NCBI GenBank assembly: GCA_051251915.1
Contig: JBPOGF010000004.1
Location: 43,188-107,187 of the forward strand
Length of the DNA stretch: 64,000 bases
Direction: 5' to 3'
DNA from: Akkermansiaceae bacterium
GTDB taxonomy: Bacteria; Verrucomicrobiota; Verrucomicrobiia; Verrucomicrobiales; Akkermansiaceae
Program-made: the position numbers and the translations under genes
Shown: positions 22,401 to 29,983 of the stretch, piece by piece
Numbering within the stretch: the first letter of the stretch is position 1
How the letters are laid out: each line of letters opens with the position of its first letter
The notes under the pieces: generated by a model
Databases searched by the model: none
What the model was told of the DNA's origin: nothing
What the model saw: only the letters and a program-made list of their open reading frames with translations

Positions 22401-22796
22401 CAGCTTGTCATGATTCTGGATGATGACCTCGATCTTTAGAGCGGGGATGTAGACGATGATGTCATTGTTCTCTTGTTCCCATTGAAGATAGGGAAGGTGG
22501 AGAGTGACTGGCTTCTTGAAGCCAATCTGAGCAGATTTAGCAGGTTCGACGACGACGTCGATCGATTTAATTTTGTATTCTGTAGGGACAGATCGCTCGT
22601 GGAAAACTTGGTTGTTTTTCTTTTTAAGCAGCTCGGCAGCAAGTGATTTGAGCTGCTTCTGGACCTTATCAGTTTTGTGACCAAAGGTGCTGAGCTCTGG
22701 GTAGAATAGTAATTCTGACAGCTCTTGGTTTACTCCATTGATAGAACTCTCCAAGGGCTGCTTGATGGACAACACTTCTAGATGGAGATCCTGCAT
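19464..22796 (-). CDS. ClpA/B-like double AAA+ ATPase (paralogue 1) with release-factor-like C-terminal region
   Basis: D1 GPSGVGKT; D2 GPTGVGKT, RFDMSEY, ILLDEFEKA, RPEFFNRID, YGARPLKR; NMGF loop. C-terminal EWMTKLQQTY and GIALHV..AELLLRNEHGLH resemble the PCRF domain. Confidence 0.9.
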   Translation of the reverse strand: MQDLHLEVLSIKQPLESSINGVNQELSELLFYPELSTFGHKTDKVQKQLKSLAAELLKKKNNQVFHERSVPTEYKIKSIDVVVEPAKSAQIGFKKPVTLHLPYLQWEQENNDIIVYIPALKIEVIIQNHDKLLEKIESEILFAVKRRAISKSLLEMALIQRTKADDLEVELTPWKPRPYTALEYYKVNYDDQTDQKTILKEVACQMNTGDMRQAYERTTEVTNLLECLTGKNPFSALLVGPSGVGKTAIVEEMLRSESKHLPKLWKSSGSQIVAGQTGFGMWQKRCDDMVSELAEEKSILFIGNLFELMQVGQSSSSSESIASYLRPYMMRGDLIVIAECTEEQLSALEAHDPKILDAFNRVTIAEPTPDQALNILLKVGNQYLTDASNSKHSSEEQHDLIHNIDALHRRYMSYSAYPGKPCQFLESLIKQHSDRKISRSDIVEVFSKETGLPKLILDDDIIFTPSEITEWFTQRVMAQDAGIEVVTKMLATVKTRLTRPKKPLATFMFIGPTGVGKTELAKSLAEFLYGSKERIVRFDMSEYSSPHSAQRLVSDSFSQGEGILTATVRDQPFSVILLDEFEKAAPEVYDLFLQVLGEGRLTDGAGRLADFSNAVIIMTSNLGASTFGNSNMGFLANDLEDSVLAEQHFIDAVKERVRPEFFNRIDRIVPFQALSLDSVRKIAQRELQLASKRDGLHHQGLDIQVDPEYLDQVIRNSHDPRYGARPLKRAIETHILLPVAEFIINNTKQNGTINVSADEQNQAQALVSYEPHHSSKKTYSYPQLNEAAKVRRLIYKLNHSSMLRELKSELARLERRMNQLKAKKLKQQKRRKQSLDSVFTEFDPENTPRKESLTTSLNEVTQALTKTTQWEEDLLVKSFQNSDLDAQQKHSPFTRHDALRLITEIYSVYSNLDDEIILYMQVDSLEWMTKLQQTYTTLLTGKNFKCKLGLIYRKPTKELKVKDLDEDGNEHEFITPEIVSLEEFAEMLSDKVGTRKLKPLKGIALHVQHTEAELLLRNEHGLHVYHTEDKDKQRCYISTHSGSLKKFRIPVEELEAKLDLKKIAVRREFFFEGSYRDTWLEEKGILPFSISTLDKLLNDTLLKETNNMLD

Positions 22797-22822
22797 AAGT
22801 GGAGGTTATCCACAGGATCTAG

Positions 22823-23392
22823 CTATAGCAAGTCAACGTTGTTGTAGATGGTGCTGCTGGTGAGTGTGGAGTCAGTGCAGCTTAGGGCAGTTTCGAAATC
22901 GTCGCCTGTTAGGAATTCAGGTTCCCAGTTATTCTCTCTTCTTACTATGATGACTTCTTTACGATCTTGAGCGACGAGGATGTATTCCTGTAGGGATGGG
23001 ATACTGGTGTAAGCTAGGAACTTTTCGTTGCGGTCGATGCGCTCGGTGGAGTCAGAAAGAACTTCGAATATTGTAGTGGGCTTTTCTAGGTATAGGGGAT
23101 GATCTCCAGCTTTATCGCAGCTGACTACAACGTCAGGATAGTAGTAACTTTCATTCGAGAGAGTTTTAACCTGAACTTTGACATCATTGATGAATGGGCG
23201 ACAGGGTGATCCTGACAAAGCTTGATTGAGGGATGAAGCAATGTTTAGCGAGATGGTATTATGATTCAGAGTGCCTCCTGACATGGCATAAACGACGCCG
23301 TCTATGTACTCATGTCTAACCTCTGAAACAATTTCTCCCTCCAGATATTCTTCAGGTGTGATGAGAGAGTTTATTTTCAGAGTGGAGCTCAT
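22823..23392 (-). CDS. Uma2 (DUF820) family PD-(D/E)xK endonuclease
   Basis: EEYLEGE..SEVRHEYIDGVVYAMSGGT..H, YYPDVVVSC, IFEVLSDST..IDR.EK, LQEYILVAQD. Confidence 0.93.
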   Translation of the reverse strand: MSSTLKINSLITPEEYLEGEIVSEVRHEYIDGVVYAMSGGTLNHNTISLNIASSLNQALSGSPCRPFINDVKVQVKTLSNESYYYPDVVVSCDKAGDHPLYLEKPTTIFEVLSDSTERIDRNEKFLAYTSIPSLQEYILVAQDRKEVIIVRRENNWEPEFLTGDDFETALSCTDSTLTSSTIYNNVDLL

Positions 23393-23448
23393 TACTGTAA
23401 GTATAGGTTATATACTATCTTTTACAATAGAGAATGTTGTGTGTTGTT

Positions 23449-24726
23449 CTATGAAGATATTTCCTCGGAGCCGAAGTATGGGACCAGGGCTGCGGGGATT
23501 TTGATGGTGCCGTCTGGTTGTTGGTTTTGCTCGATGAGGGCTACGTAGAGTCTTGGAAGGGCGGTGCCTGAGCCGTTTAGGGTGTGGCAGAATTGGTTTT
23601 TGCCGTCTGCGTCTTTGTAGCGGAGCTTCATGCGGCGGGCTTGGTAGTCGCCGAAGTTTGAACAGCTTGAGACTTCGAGGTATTTGCCTTGGCCGGGTGC
23701 CCAGACTTCGATGTCGTAGGTTTTGAGTGAGCTGAATCCGACGTCTCCGGTGCAGAGTTCGATGGTGCGGTAGTGGAGGCCCAGCTTTTGGAGAACGGCT
23801 TCGGCGTGGCCGGTTAGCTCTTCTAGGACTTGCATAGATGTTTCTGGGACGACTGCTTGGACGAGTTCTACTTTATCAAACTGGTGCATGCGGATGATAC
23901 CTTTGTTGTCGCGTCCTGCACTGCCAGCTTCACGGCGGAAGCATGGAGTGTGGGCGGTCATTTTGATAGGGAGATCAGATTCGTTTTGGATGGTGTCGCG
24001 GAGGAGGTTGGTGACTGGGACTTCTGCTGTAGGGGCGAGGAACATTTCGTTGTCTTCGATGCCGTACATGTCGTCTTCGAATTTAGGGAGCTGACCGGTG
24101 CCTTCCATGCAGTAGCGTCTGATGATGTGTGGGACGTTGACTTCTGTGTAGCCGTGTTCTTCTGTCTGTAGATCGAGAAGGAAGCCGATGAGTGCGCGTT
24201 CGAGTTTGGCACCTTTTCCACGATACATGGCGAAGCCAGAGCCGGAGATTTTGGCGGCGGCTTCAAAGTCGATGAGGCCGTGTTTTTCTGCGAGTTGGAC
24301 GTGGTCTAGAGGATCTGTGATTTCTGGTTTGTCTCCCCAAATCCTTACCTCTGGGTTGTCGTTTTCATCCTTGCCGATAGGGCAGTCTGCGTAGGGGACG
24401 TTGGGGATGGTCATGAGGAGGTAGTTTAGCTTGGTGCTGACTTCCTCGCTTTGAGTTTCTAGTTCCTTGATCTTCTCTCCGATTTCTTTGACGGCTGCTT
24501 TGGCTGTTTCGGCAGCATCTTTTTCGCCTTTCGCCATGAGTGCTCCGATGTTTTTTGAGGCGGTGTTTCGCTCAGACTGTAGGACTTGTTTGTCTGTTTC
24601 TATTTTTCTGCGAGATTCATCGTGGACAAGTACTTGGTCGATAAGTGTGTGTGCATCGCCTCCGCGGGTGGCGAGTCTTGTTTTGATCTGTTCTGCGTTT
24701 TCGCGGATGTCTTTGATGTCTAGCAT
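23449..24726 (-). CDS. serS: Serine--tRNA ligase
   Basis: MLDIKDIR, N-terminal coiled coil, LAPTAEVP, CFRREAG, HQFDKVE, HTLNGSG. Confidence 0.98.
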   Translation of the reverse strand: MLDIKDIRENAEQIKTRLATRGGDAHTLIDQVLVHDESRRKIETDKQVLQSERNTASKNIGALMAKGEKDAAETAKAAVKEIGEKIKELETQSEEVSTKLNYLLMTIPNVPYADCPIGKDENDNPEVRIWGDKPEITDPLDHVQLAEKHGLIDFEAAAKISGSGFAMYRGKGAKLERALIGFLLDLQTEEHGYTEVNVPHIIRRYCMEGTGQLPKFEDDMYGIEDNEMFLAPTAEVPVTNLLRDTIQNESDLPIKMTAHTPCFRREAGSAGRDNKGIIRMHQFDKVELVQAVVPETSMQVLEELTGHAEAVLQKLGLHYRTIELCTGDVGFSSLKTYDIEVWAPGQGKYLEVSSCSNFGDYQARRMKLRYKDADGKNQFCHTLNGSGTALPRLYVALIEQNQQPDGTIKIPAALVPYFGSEEISS

Positions 24727-24810
24727 GGCTAATAGTTTGTGATAGATTGGTTTCTGGGCAGAGGCATAGCGTAACTGCTATGAATTACCAGTGAAGAAAG
24801 AAATTTTTGG

Positions 24811-25155
24811 TTAGCTCTGTACTTTCTTTACGAAGCAGGCTTTGAGGTTGATGGCGATTCCGTTCATGCGGCATGAGATCTCGTGGTCGCCGTCTTGGAT
24901 GCTGATGGGCTTTGATTTGGTGCCGCTTTTGAGGACGTCTGATGAGCCTTTCATTTTGATATCTTTGATCATCTGGACGACGTCACCTTTTTCGAGGACG
25001 TTTCCGTAGGCGTCTTTGACGATGCGCTCTTCTGGTGCATCATCGTCTGGAACGTCTTTGCGGTCCCATTCGTGGCCACAGGTCATACATTCGTAAATTT
25101 TCTCGTGAGTGAGGACATCGTCCACCGTGCATAATGGGCATGATAATTCTGACAT
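24811..25155 (-). CDS. phnA: PhnA/YjdM zinc-ribbon domain protein
   Basis: CPLC...CMTCGHEW ribbon, then VKDAYGNVLEKGDVV..IKD.K.KGSS..LK.GTK and LKACFVKK. Start placed at ATG 25155. Confidence 0.85.
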   Translation of the reverse strand: MSELSCPLCTVDDVLTHEKIYECMTCGHEWDRKDVPDDDAPEERIVKDAYGNVLEKGDVVQMIKDIKMKGSSDVLKSGTKSKPISIQDGDHEISCRMNGIAINLKACFVKKVQS

Positions 25156-25190
25156 GGGGGGATCTAATAGGACTGATAGGGATTTTGCAA

Positions 25191-25727
25191 CTATGCAATG
25201 GGGTCTGGGCAAAATTTTCGTCGTAGGCACTTGAGGCAATGGTCGCCTAGGTAGAGGGAGTCAATCCAGTCGATGAGAGGGGAGACGTGTTGCTGTTCGT
25301 CAGTGAGGATGCCGGCTTCGAAGTTACGTTTGTCTGGGGATTTGGCGCCTAGTCCGGCGCCGGTTAGATTTGCGGAGGTAATGAATGCTGTTTTGCCGTC
25401 TATGACGATGGCCTTGGTGTGGACGCGAGGGCAGAGGATGCGCTCGAAGAGGTCGCTCTCTACGAGGGCGGGGTATTTATCGAAGTCTCTGCGGAATCTG
25501 GGGCCGGGTTCTTTGGCGTGGATGAGGCGGATGGCTACTCCTTGCTGAACGAGGTCGCTGAGGATTTCTAGGAAAGGGACGAAGCGTTGGCGTTTTCCTT
25601 TGAGGCCTTTTCCTACGTGGAGGTCTTTGATGTCGGCGGTGACGATCCAGAGGAATTTCTGAGCATTTGGCACTAGGTCAGCGATGACTCGGTGGTAGAT
25701 GGCTTCGTTGAGTAGTAGTTCGGTCAC
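25191..25727 (-). CDS. Phospholipase D-family (single HKD) protein, possibly a nuclease
   Basis: HTKAIVIDGKTAFITSANLT matches HxKxxxxD-x6-SxN; C-terminal CLKCLRRKFC. Confidence 0.85.
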   Translation of the reverse strand: MTELLLNEAIYHRVIADLVPNAQKFLWIVTADIKDLHVGKGLKGKRQRFVPFLEILSDLVQQGVAIRLIHAKEPGPRFRRDFDKYPALVESDLFERILCPRVHTKAIVIDGKTAFITSANLTGAGLGAKSPDKRNFEAGILTDEQQHVSPLIDWIDSLYLGDHCLKCLRRKFCPDPIA

Positions 25728-25980
25728 CTCAAGAGTATGGTTATACTTGGGTGGAAGTCAGTTAAAATCTTTTTGTGAAATTTAGGCGGATTTGGTCTCA
25801 TGATGCATACATCACTTTGTTCTCGGCTCTGATCGTTCTTGGCGGCAGCCTACTGGTATAGGTATGTGGCTACGTCTTGCAGGAAATAAAAAACACTTGG
25901 TGATTTGTCTTATTTTTTTACTATTTGGTACAAAAGCTCACTGCAAATCAGAAGAGATGGTAGTAGTTTTATCTATATGA

Positions 25981-26015
25981 ATAAAAGACTGCGCCACAAG
26001 TGACGCAGTCTTTAT
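25981..26015 (-). terminator. Probable intrinsic terminator (possibly bidirectional)
   Basis: AAAGACTGCG / CGCAGTCTTT 10-bp stem flanked by A/T runs. Confidence 0.65.
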
Positions 26016-26048
26016 GTGATTGTCTATTGTATCGATAATCACGGTATT

Positions 26049-26198
26049 GTATATTATGGGGGTGATATATTATGGGGAGTATATTATGGGGGTATATATT
26101 ATGGGGGTATATATTATGGGGGTATATATTATGGGGGGATATATTATGGGGGGATATATATTATGGGGGGATATTATGGGGGGATAAATTATGGGGGA
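26049..26198 (+). repeat. 15-bp tandem repeat (consensus ATATATTATGGGGGT), 10 copies
   Basis: TTATGGGG cores at 26054, 26070, 26084, 26099, 26114, 26129, 26144, 26161, 26174 and 26189. Confidence 0.95.
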
Positions 26199-26201
26199 TG
26201 A

Positions 26202-26455
26202 TTATTGTCTTCTCTTTCGAGAGAGAGTGTCTGCTGCTCTTGTAGCGTTAAAGTAAGTGGTGTTTGGTTCAGGTGCGAAGATTGATTTCTGATTGTTATG
26301 ATCGTGTTGGTAATTCCGGAGAGTTACCAGAGGTTGCTGTTGTTTCCATTTGCTTCATTGGAGCCGCTTACACTGTTCGCAGTAGTTTGAATAGCTGTGG
26401 ATAGCCATACAGGTGCGTAAAGTAGGGAGGCGGCAATAATTTTATATTTATTCAT
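26202..26455 (-). pseudogene. Probable decayed PEP-CTERM exported-protein gene
   Basis: My translation: ATG 26455 gives MNKYKIIAASLLYAPVWLSTAIQTTANS (signal-peptide-like) and stops after 43 aa. A different frame ends IFAPEPNTTYF...LSRKRRQ* (stop at 26202-26204). Confidence 0.4.
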
Positions 26456-26786
26456 GTTTCGTGAAGCTGAACTGTTAATAATTTATAAAAATAAGTTAAA
26501 GTTTGCAATATTTTAAATATAGTTCATTTTGTTGTATGTTTATAAGTAATTTAAACACAAAGAATTGTTGTGAATTATGCTTCGATCCATAAGTTATGGA
26601 GTATGATTTTTTTATTTAATGATAATTAACTATCTTTTCCATATGATTATCAAACTTAAGCCTGTTAAGCTAATAAGTAGAAAGAAGTTGGTTCAGTCTG
26701 GTGCTTAGTGAAGGATAGCTAACTGAAATTATTTTTTATCTTGAAATCAAGCTGTTTAGGTAGTGAATATGGGTTATTATTCACTT

Positions 26787-27242
26787 ATGACAGCAGAAGT
26801 TAACATCACACATATTAGCCTACGAGTAGTATTGGGGGCTATTTTTATGTGGGCGGGGACGATGAAGGTTCTTGATCTGGATTGGTTTGTGGAGACAGTT
26901 GGGTATTTTGAAATTTCTCCGTTTAATGCGGCACCTTGGGATATGTGGTTGGGATATATGCTGCCGGTTTTTGAGATATTGGTGGGGGCGGCGTTGATTT
27001 TGGGGATACTACTGAGGGGGGCGATGTTGAGTGTATTGGTGTTAACGGTAGGGTTTCTTGTGGCGGTTATTTCTGCCGAGATGCGGGGATTGAATATTGA
27101 GTGTGGGTGTTTTGGTAAGGCGTTGTCATTTGAGAATTACTTTGTGCATATTGCCGTATTGGTGGTTATGGCGTTAATGGCGTTGGTGCTAGTGATTCTG
27201 GAAATGAGGGGTCAGGTGCGGGATCAGAAGAGGCTGGCGTAA
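26787..27242 (+). CDS. MauE/DoxX-family membrane protein
   Basis: LRVVLGAIFMWAG..K, LPVFEILVG..LI, GLNIECGCFG. Start placed at ATG 26787. Confidence 0.85.
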   Translation: MTAEVNITHISLRVVLGAIFMWAGTMKVLDLDWFVETVGYFEISPFNAAPWDMWLGYMLPVFEILVGAALILGILLRGAMLSVLVLTVGFLVAVISAEMRGLNIECGCFGKALSFENYFVHIAVLVVMALMALVLVILEMRGQVRDQKRLA

Positions 27243-27757
27243 CGTTCTTTTAGCTCGGCTTGCCATTTTTCTAGGAATGCTAGATCGCGAGCTGGGCTGG
27301 CTAGGTTTTCTATTTGAGTCGCTTTTTCCAGGGTAGAGGATTTTTCGGTTTCGATGCTGTCGATTTGGTGTCCGAGTTTTTCTTGGAGGAGTTGGGATTC
27401 TGGTTCTAGTAGTGCTAGGCCTAGTGCGGATGTGGTGGTGGATTTCTTGCGCAGAAATTGATCGGTGTCTTGGAGGAGTTGGGCGGTGGACATGAAGAGG
27501 TCCATGAGGTGGTCACTGACTGTGCCGCGTTTCTCGTAGGTGATGCCTGCGAGTTCTAGGAGGTGGGTGAGTCTTTTGGAGGGTGACTTGAGGGTGGCGT
27601 AGGCGGTGTTGATTAGTTTGTATTGGGTGTCATTACCGTCGTTTCCTGGGCTGTCTGGGTGGTGTTTTGCGGCGAGTTTCTTGTGGTGGTCGGATAGTTG
27701 AGTTAGGTCGATTTCGGTCGATTGCGCTATGTCTAACAGTTTGAAATAATTTTCCAT
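27224..27757 (-). CDS. hscB: HscB-like J-domain co-chaperone
   Basis: MENYFKLL, KHHPD, INTAYATLKSP.KR..HLLELAG, MDLFM, final helix ..FLEKW.AE. Start placed at ATG 27757. Confidence 0.7.
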   Translation of the reverse strand: MENYFKLLDIAQSTEIDLTQLSDHHKKLAAKHHPDSPGNDGNDTQYKLINTAYATLKSPSKRLTHLLELAGITYEKRGTVSDHLMDLFMSTAQLLQDTDQFLRKKSTTTSALGLALLEPESQLLQEKLGHQIDSIETEKSSTLEKATQIENLASPARDLAFLEKWQAELKERYASLF

Positions 27758-27762
27758 GTGGT

Positions 27763-28551
27763 TTACTTGGCTAGATGGTTTAGGGCGCGCTGGGCGGCGA
27801 AGAGGCCGAGGGTGGCGGTCATGTGGGTGACGCTGCCGAAGCCTGATGCGCAATTGAGGCGCATGCTGTTAGATTGATCTGTGTCGCATTCTTCGGCGGC
27901 TGGGAAGACTGCGGGTTCATCGAAGAAGATGGCTTCGATGTTGAATTTTGGGGCTTTGTAATTTACGGCTTTTGGGAATCCGAACTTGCATCTGAGGCGT
28001 GTTCTTACTTTGTGAATGAGTGCGTCACGGGTGACTTTGGAGATGTCTGCTACTCTGATGCGGGTTGGGTCAATTTTTCCTCCGGCACCTCCGCAGGTTA
28101 CTACGGGGATGTTGCGTCTGGTGCAATCGGCGATGAGGAATGTTTTTTGCATCATGAGGTCGATGGCGTCGATGACGAAGTCGTAGCCGGAGGAGAGGAG
28201 GCGGTCGGCGGTTTTTTCGTTGAAGAACGTTTGTTCGCAGATGACGTCGCATTCTGGGTTAATGAGTCGGATGCGTTCTGCCATGGCGTCTGTCTTTTGT
28301 TTGCCGATTTCTCCATCCATGGCGTGGAGTTGGCGGTTGATGTTGGTGACGCAGACTTCATCGAGGTCGACCATGGTGATTTTGCCGATGCCTGATCTGG
28401 CGAGTGATTCAGCTGCCCAGGAGCCTACGCCGCCGATGCCGATGACGGCTACGTGGGATTGGGTGAATTTCTCTAGGGCGGGGGTTCCGTAGAGTCGTGC
28501 AATTCCGCCAAACCTGTCGATAGTGGTTTGAGATAATGTGGAGCTGGGCAT
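27763..28551 (-). CDS. tcdA: tRNA threonylcarbamoyladenosine dehydratase (ThiF family)
   Basis: RFGGIARLYG, VIGIGGVGSWAAESLARSGIG, VDLDEVCVTNINRQLHA, GGAGGKIDP, LNCASGFGS..HMTATLG. Confidence 0.9.
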   Translation of the reverse strand: MPSSTLSQTTIDRFGGIARLYGTPALEKFTQSHVAVIGIGGVGSWAAESLARSGIGKITMVDLDEVCVTNINRQLHAMDGEIGKQKTDAMAERIRLINPECDVICEQTFFNEKTADRLLSSGYDFVIDAIDLMMQKTFLIADCTRRNIPVVTCGGAGGKIDPTRIRVADISKVTRDALIHKVRTRLRCKFGFPKAVNYKAPKFNIEAIFFDEPAVFPAAEECDTDQSNSMRLNCASGFGSVTHMTATLGLFAAQRALNHLAK

Positions 28552-28566
28552 GGTGATCTAGGAGTT

Positions 28567-28595
28567 AAAAAGCCTCCTAGTGTGAGTAGGAGGCT
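28567..28595 (-). terminator. Intrinsic terminator after the DEAD-box helicase
   Basis: AGCCTCCTA / TAGGAGGCT stem with an adjoining A-run (U-tract on the minus strand). Confidence 0.8.
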
Positions 28596-28624
28596 GGATG
28601 AAATTTTAGTGTGATGAGTGGTGG

Positions 28625-29983
28625 TTAACTTCTTCTGCGTCTGGTGGATGATCTTCTTCTAGATGTGGAAGATGGTGCGGATGAGTTAGATCCTGGGCCG
28701 GATGATTTTTTGGCGTTTCCGCCTTGGCCTCTTCCTCCGCCGCCATTGCGTGGGGGTCTTGGTCCGCGTTGTTGTCTGGCTTGTTTTTTGCGCTCAGCGT
28801 CTGCCTTTTGAACTTCTGAGGCACTTGGTGCGCGGTCTGGCCAGTGATCCGGGATGAAATTTTCATCGGTGAGGAGTGGGATTTTCTTGCTGATGAGTTT
28901 CTCGATGTCCTTGAGGAATGCACGCTCGTTGTTACAGACGAGTGAGATAGCTTCGCCGCTTTGACCAGCTCTTCCTGTGCGGCCGATACGGTGCACGTAG
29001 TCAGCGGGGACATTTGGTAGCTCGTAGTTGATGACGTGCGGTAAGTAAGCGATGTCTAGCCCACGTGCTGCGATGTCTGTGGCTACGAGGACTCTAACAG
29101 AGTTGTTCTTGAACCCTTGAAGAGCGCGTTCGCGTGCTCCTTGAGATTTGTTTCCGTGGATAGCGCTAGAGGATATTCCTGCGTTTTCTAGTTTTCCACT
29201 GAGGCGGTTTGCACCGTGTTTGGTCTTGGTGAAGATGAGGACTTGGTTCCATTCGCCTTGATTGATGAGGTGGATGGCTAGGTCTGCTTTTGCGCCAGCA
29301 TCACAGCGGTAGGCTGACTGCTCTACGCGTTCTGCGGTGGTGTTCTGGGCTGCTACTTCTACGGTGACAGGGTTATTTAGAAACTGTTTCGAGATGACCT
29401 TGATTTCCTTTGAGAAGGTGGCGGAGAAGAGGAGCGTTTGACGTTTTTTAGGGATGTAGTTCATCACCTTTTTGATGTCGTTGATGAAGCCCATGTCGAG
29501 CATTCTGTCTGCTTCATCTAGCACGAGAATTTCTACATTGCTGAGGTCGCAGGCGCGCTGTTGGCAGAGGTCTAGTAGGCGTCCTGGAGTGGCGACTAGC
29601 ATGTCGATTCCTTGCTTGAGCTTGTTGATTTGTGGTTTGATGTTCACGCCGCCGAAGACAACGAGGCTCTTCAAATGAAGGTGGCTGCCGTATTCGTCGA
29701 TGTTTGCTTTGATCTGAGCAGCTAGCTCACGGGTAGGGGTGAGGACGAGTGCTCTGACTGATCTGCGGTCATTTCTGGCTGGGTTTTCAGAGAGTTTGTG
29801 GAGGATGGGAAGGGTGAAGCCTGCTGTCTTACCTGTGCCTGTCTGGGCGGCGGCTAGGACGTCTTTTCCAGCGAGAACTGGAGGGATGGCTTGTGCTTGG
29901 ATGGGAGATGGGATTTCGTATCCTTTGTCCGTGACTGCACGGAGGATTTTATCAGATAGGCCTAAGTCGGCGAAGGTATTCAT
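28625..29983 (-). CDS. rhlE: DEAD-box RNA helicase, RhlE-like
   Basis: Q motif, [29 protein letters not shown]; Arg/Gly/Ser-rich tail. Confidence 0.9.
   Translation of the reverse strand: MNTFADLGLSDKILRAVTDKGYEIPSPIQAQAIPPVLAGKDVLAAAQTGTGKTAGFTLPILHKLSENPARNDRRSVRALVLTPTRELAAQIKANIDEYGSHLHLKSLVVFGGVNIKPQINKLKQGIDMLVATPGRLLDLCQQRACDLSNVEILVLDEADRMLDMGFINDIKKVMNYIPKKRQTLLFSATFSKEIKVISKQFLNNPVTVEVAAQNTTAERVEQSAYRCDAGAKADLAIHLINQGEWNQVLIFTKTKHGANRLSGKLENAGISSSAIHGNKSQGARERALQGFKNNSVRVLVATDIAARGLDIAYLPHVINYELPNVPADYVHRIGRTGRAGQSGEAISLVCNNERAFLKDIEKLISKKIPLLTDENFIPDHWPDRAPSASEVQKADAERKKQARQQRGPRPPRNGGGGRGQGGNAKKSSGPGSNSSAPSSTSRRRSSTRRRRS

Noticed and set aside
22806-22814. Perfect DnaA box TTATCCACA between Uma2 and Clp paralogue 1
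   Set aside because: It is a single 9-mer, and roughly 0.5 copies are expected by chance in 64 kb on both strands. There is no box cluster, AT-rich unwinding element or skew switch, so it is not oriC evidence.
12376-23448. Integrated mobile element or prophage
   Set aside because: No integrase, transposase, phage gene, tRNA target or flanking direct repeat was seen.
28606-29013. Alternative-frame ORFs such as 28606-29013, 32788-33018 and the many 60-200 aa antisense ORFs
   Set aside because: They overlap well-supported genes, have no motifs, and are explained by the strong strand skew suppressing stop codons.
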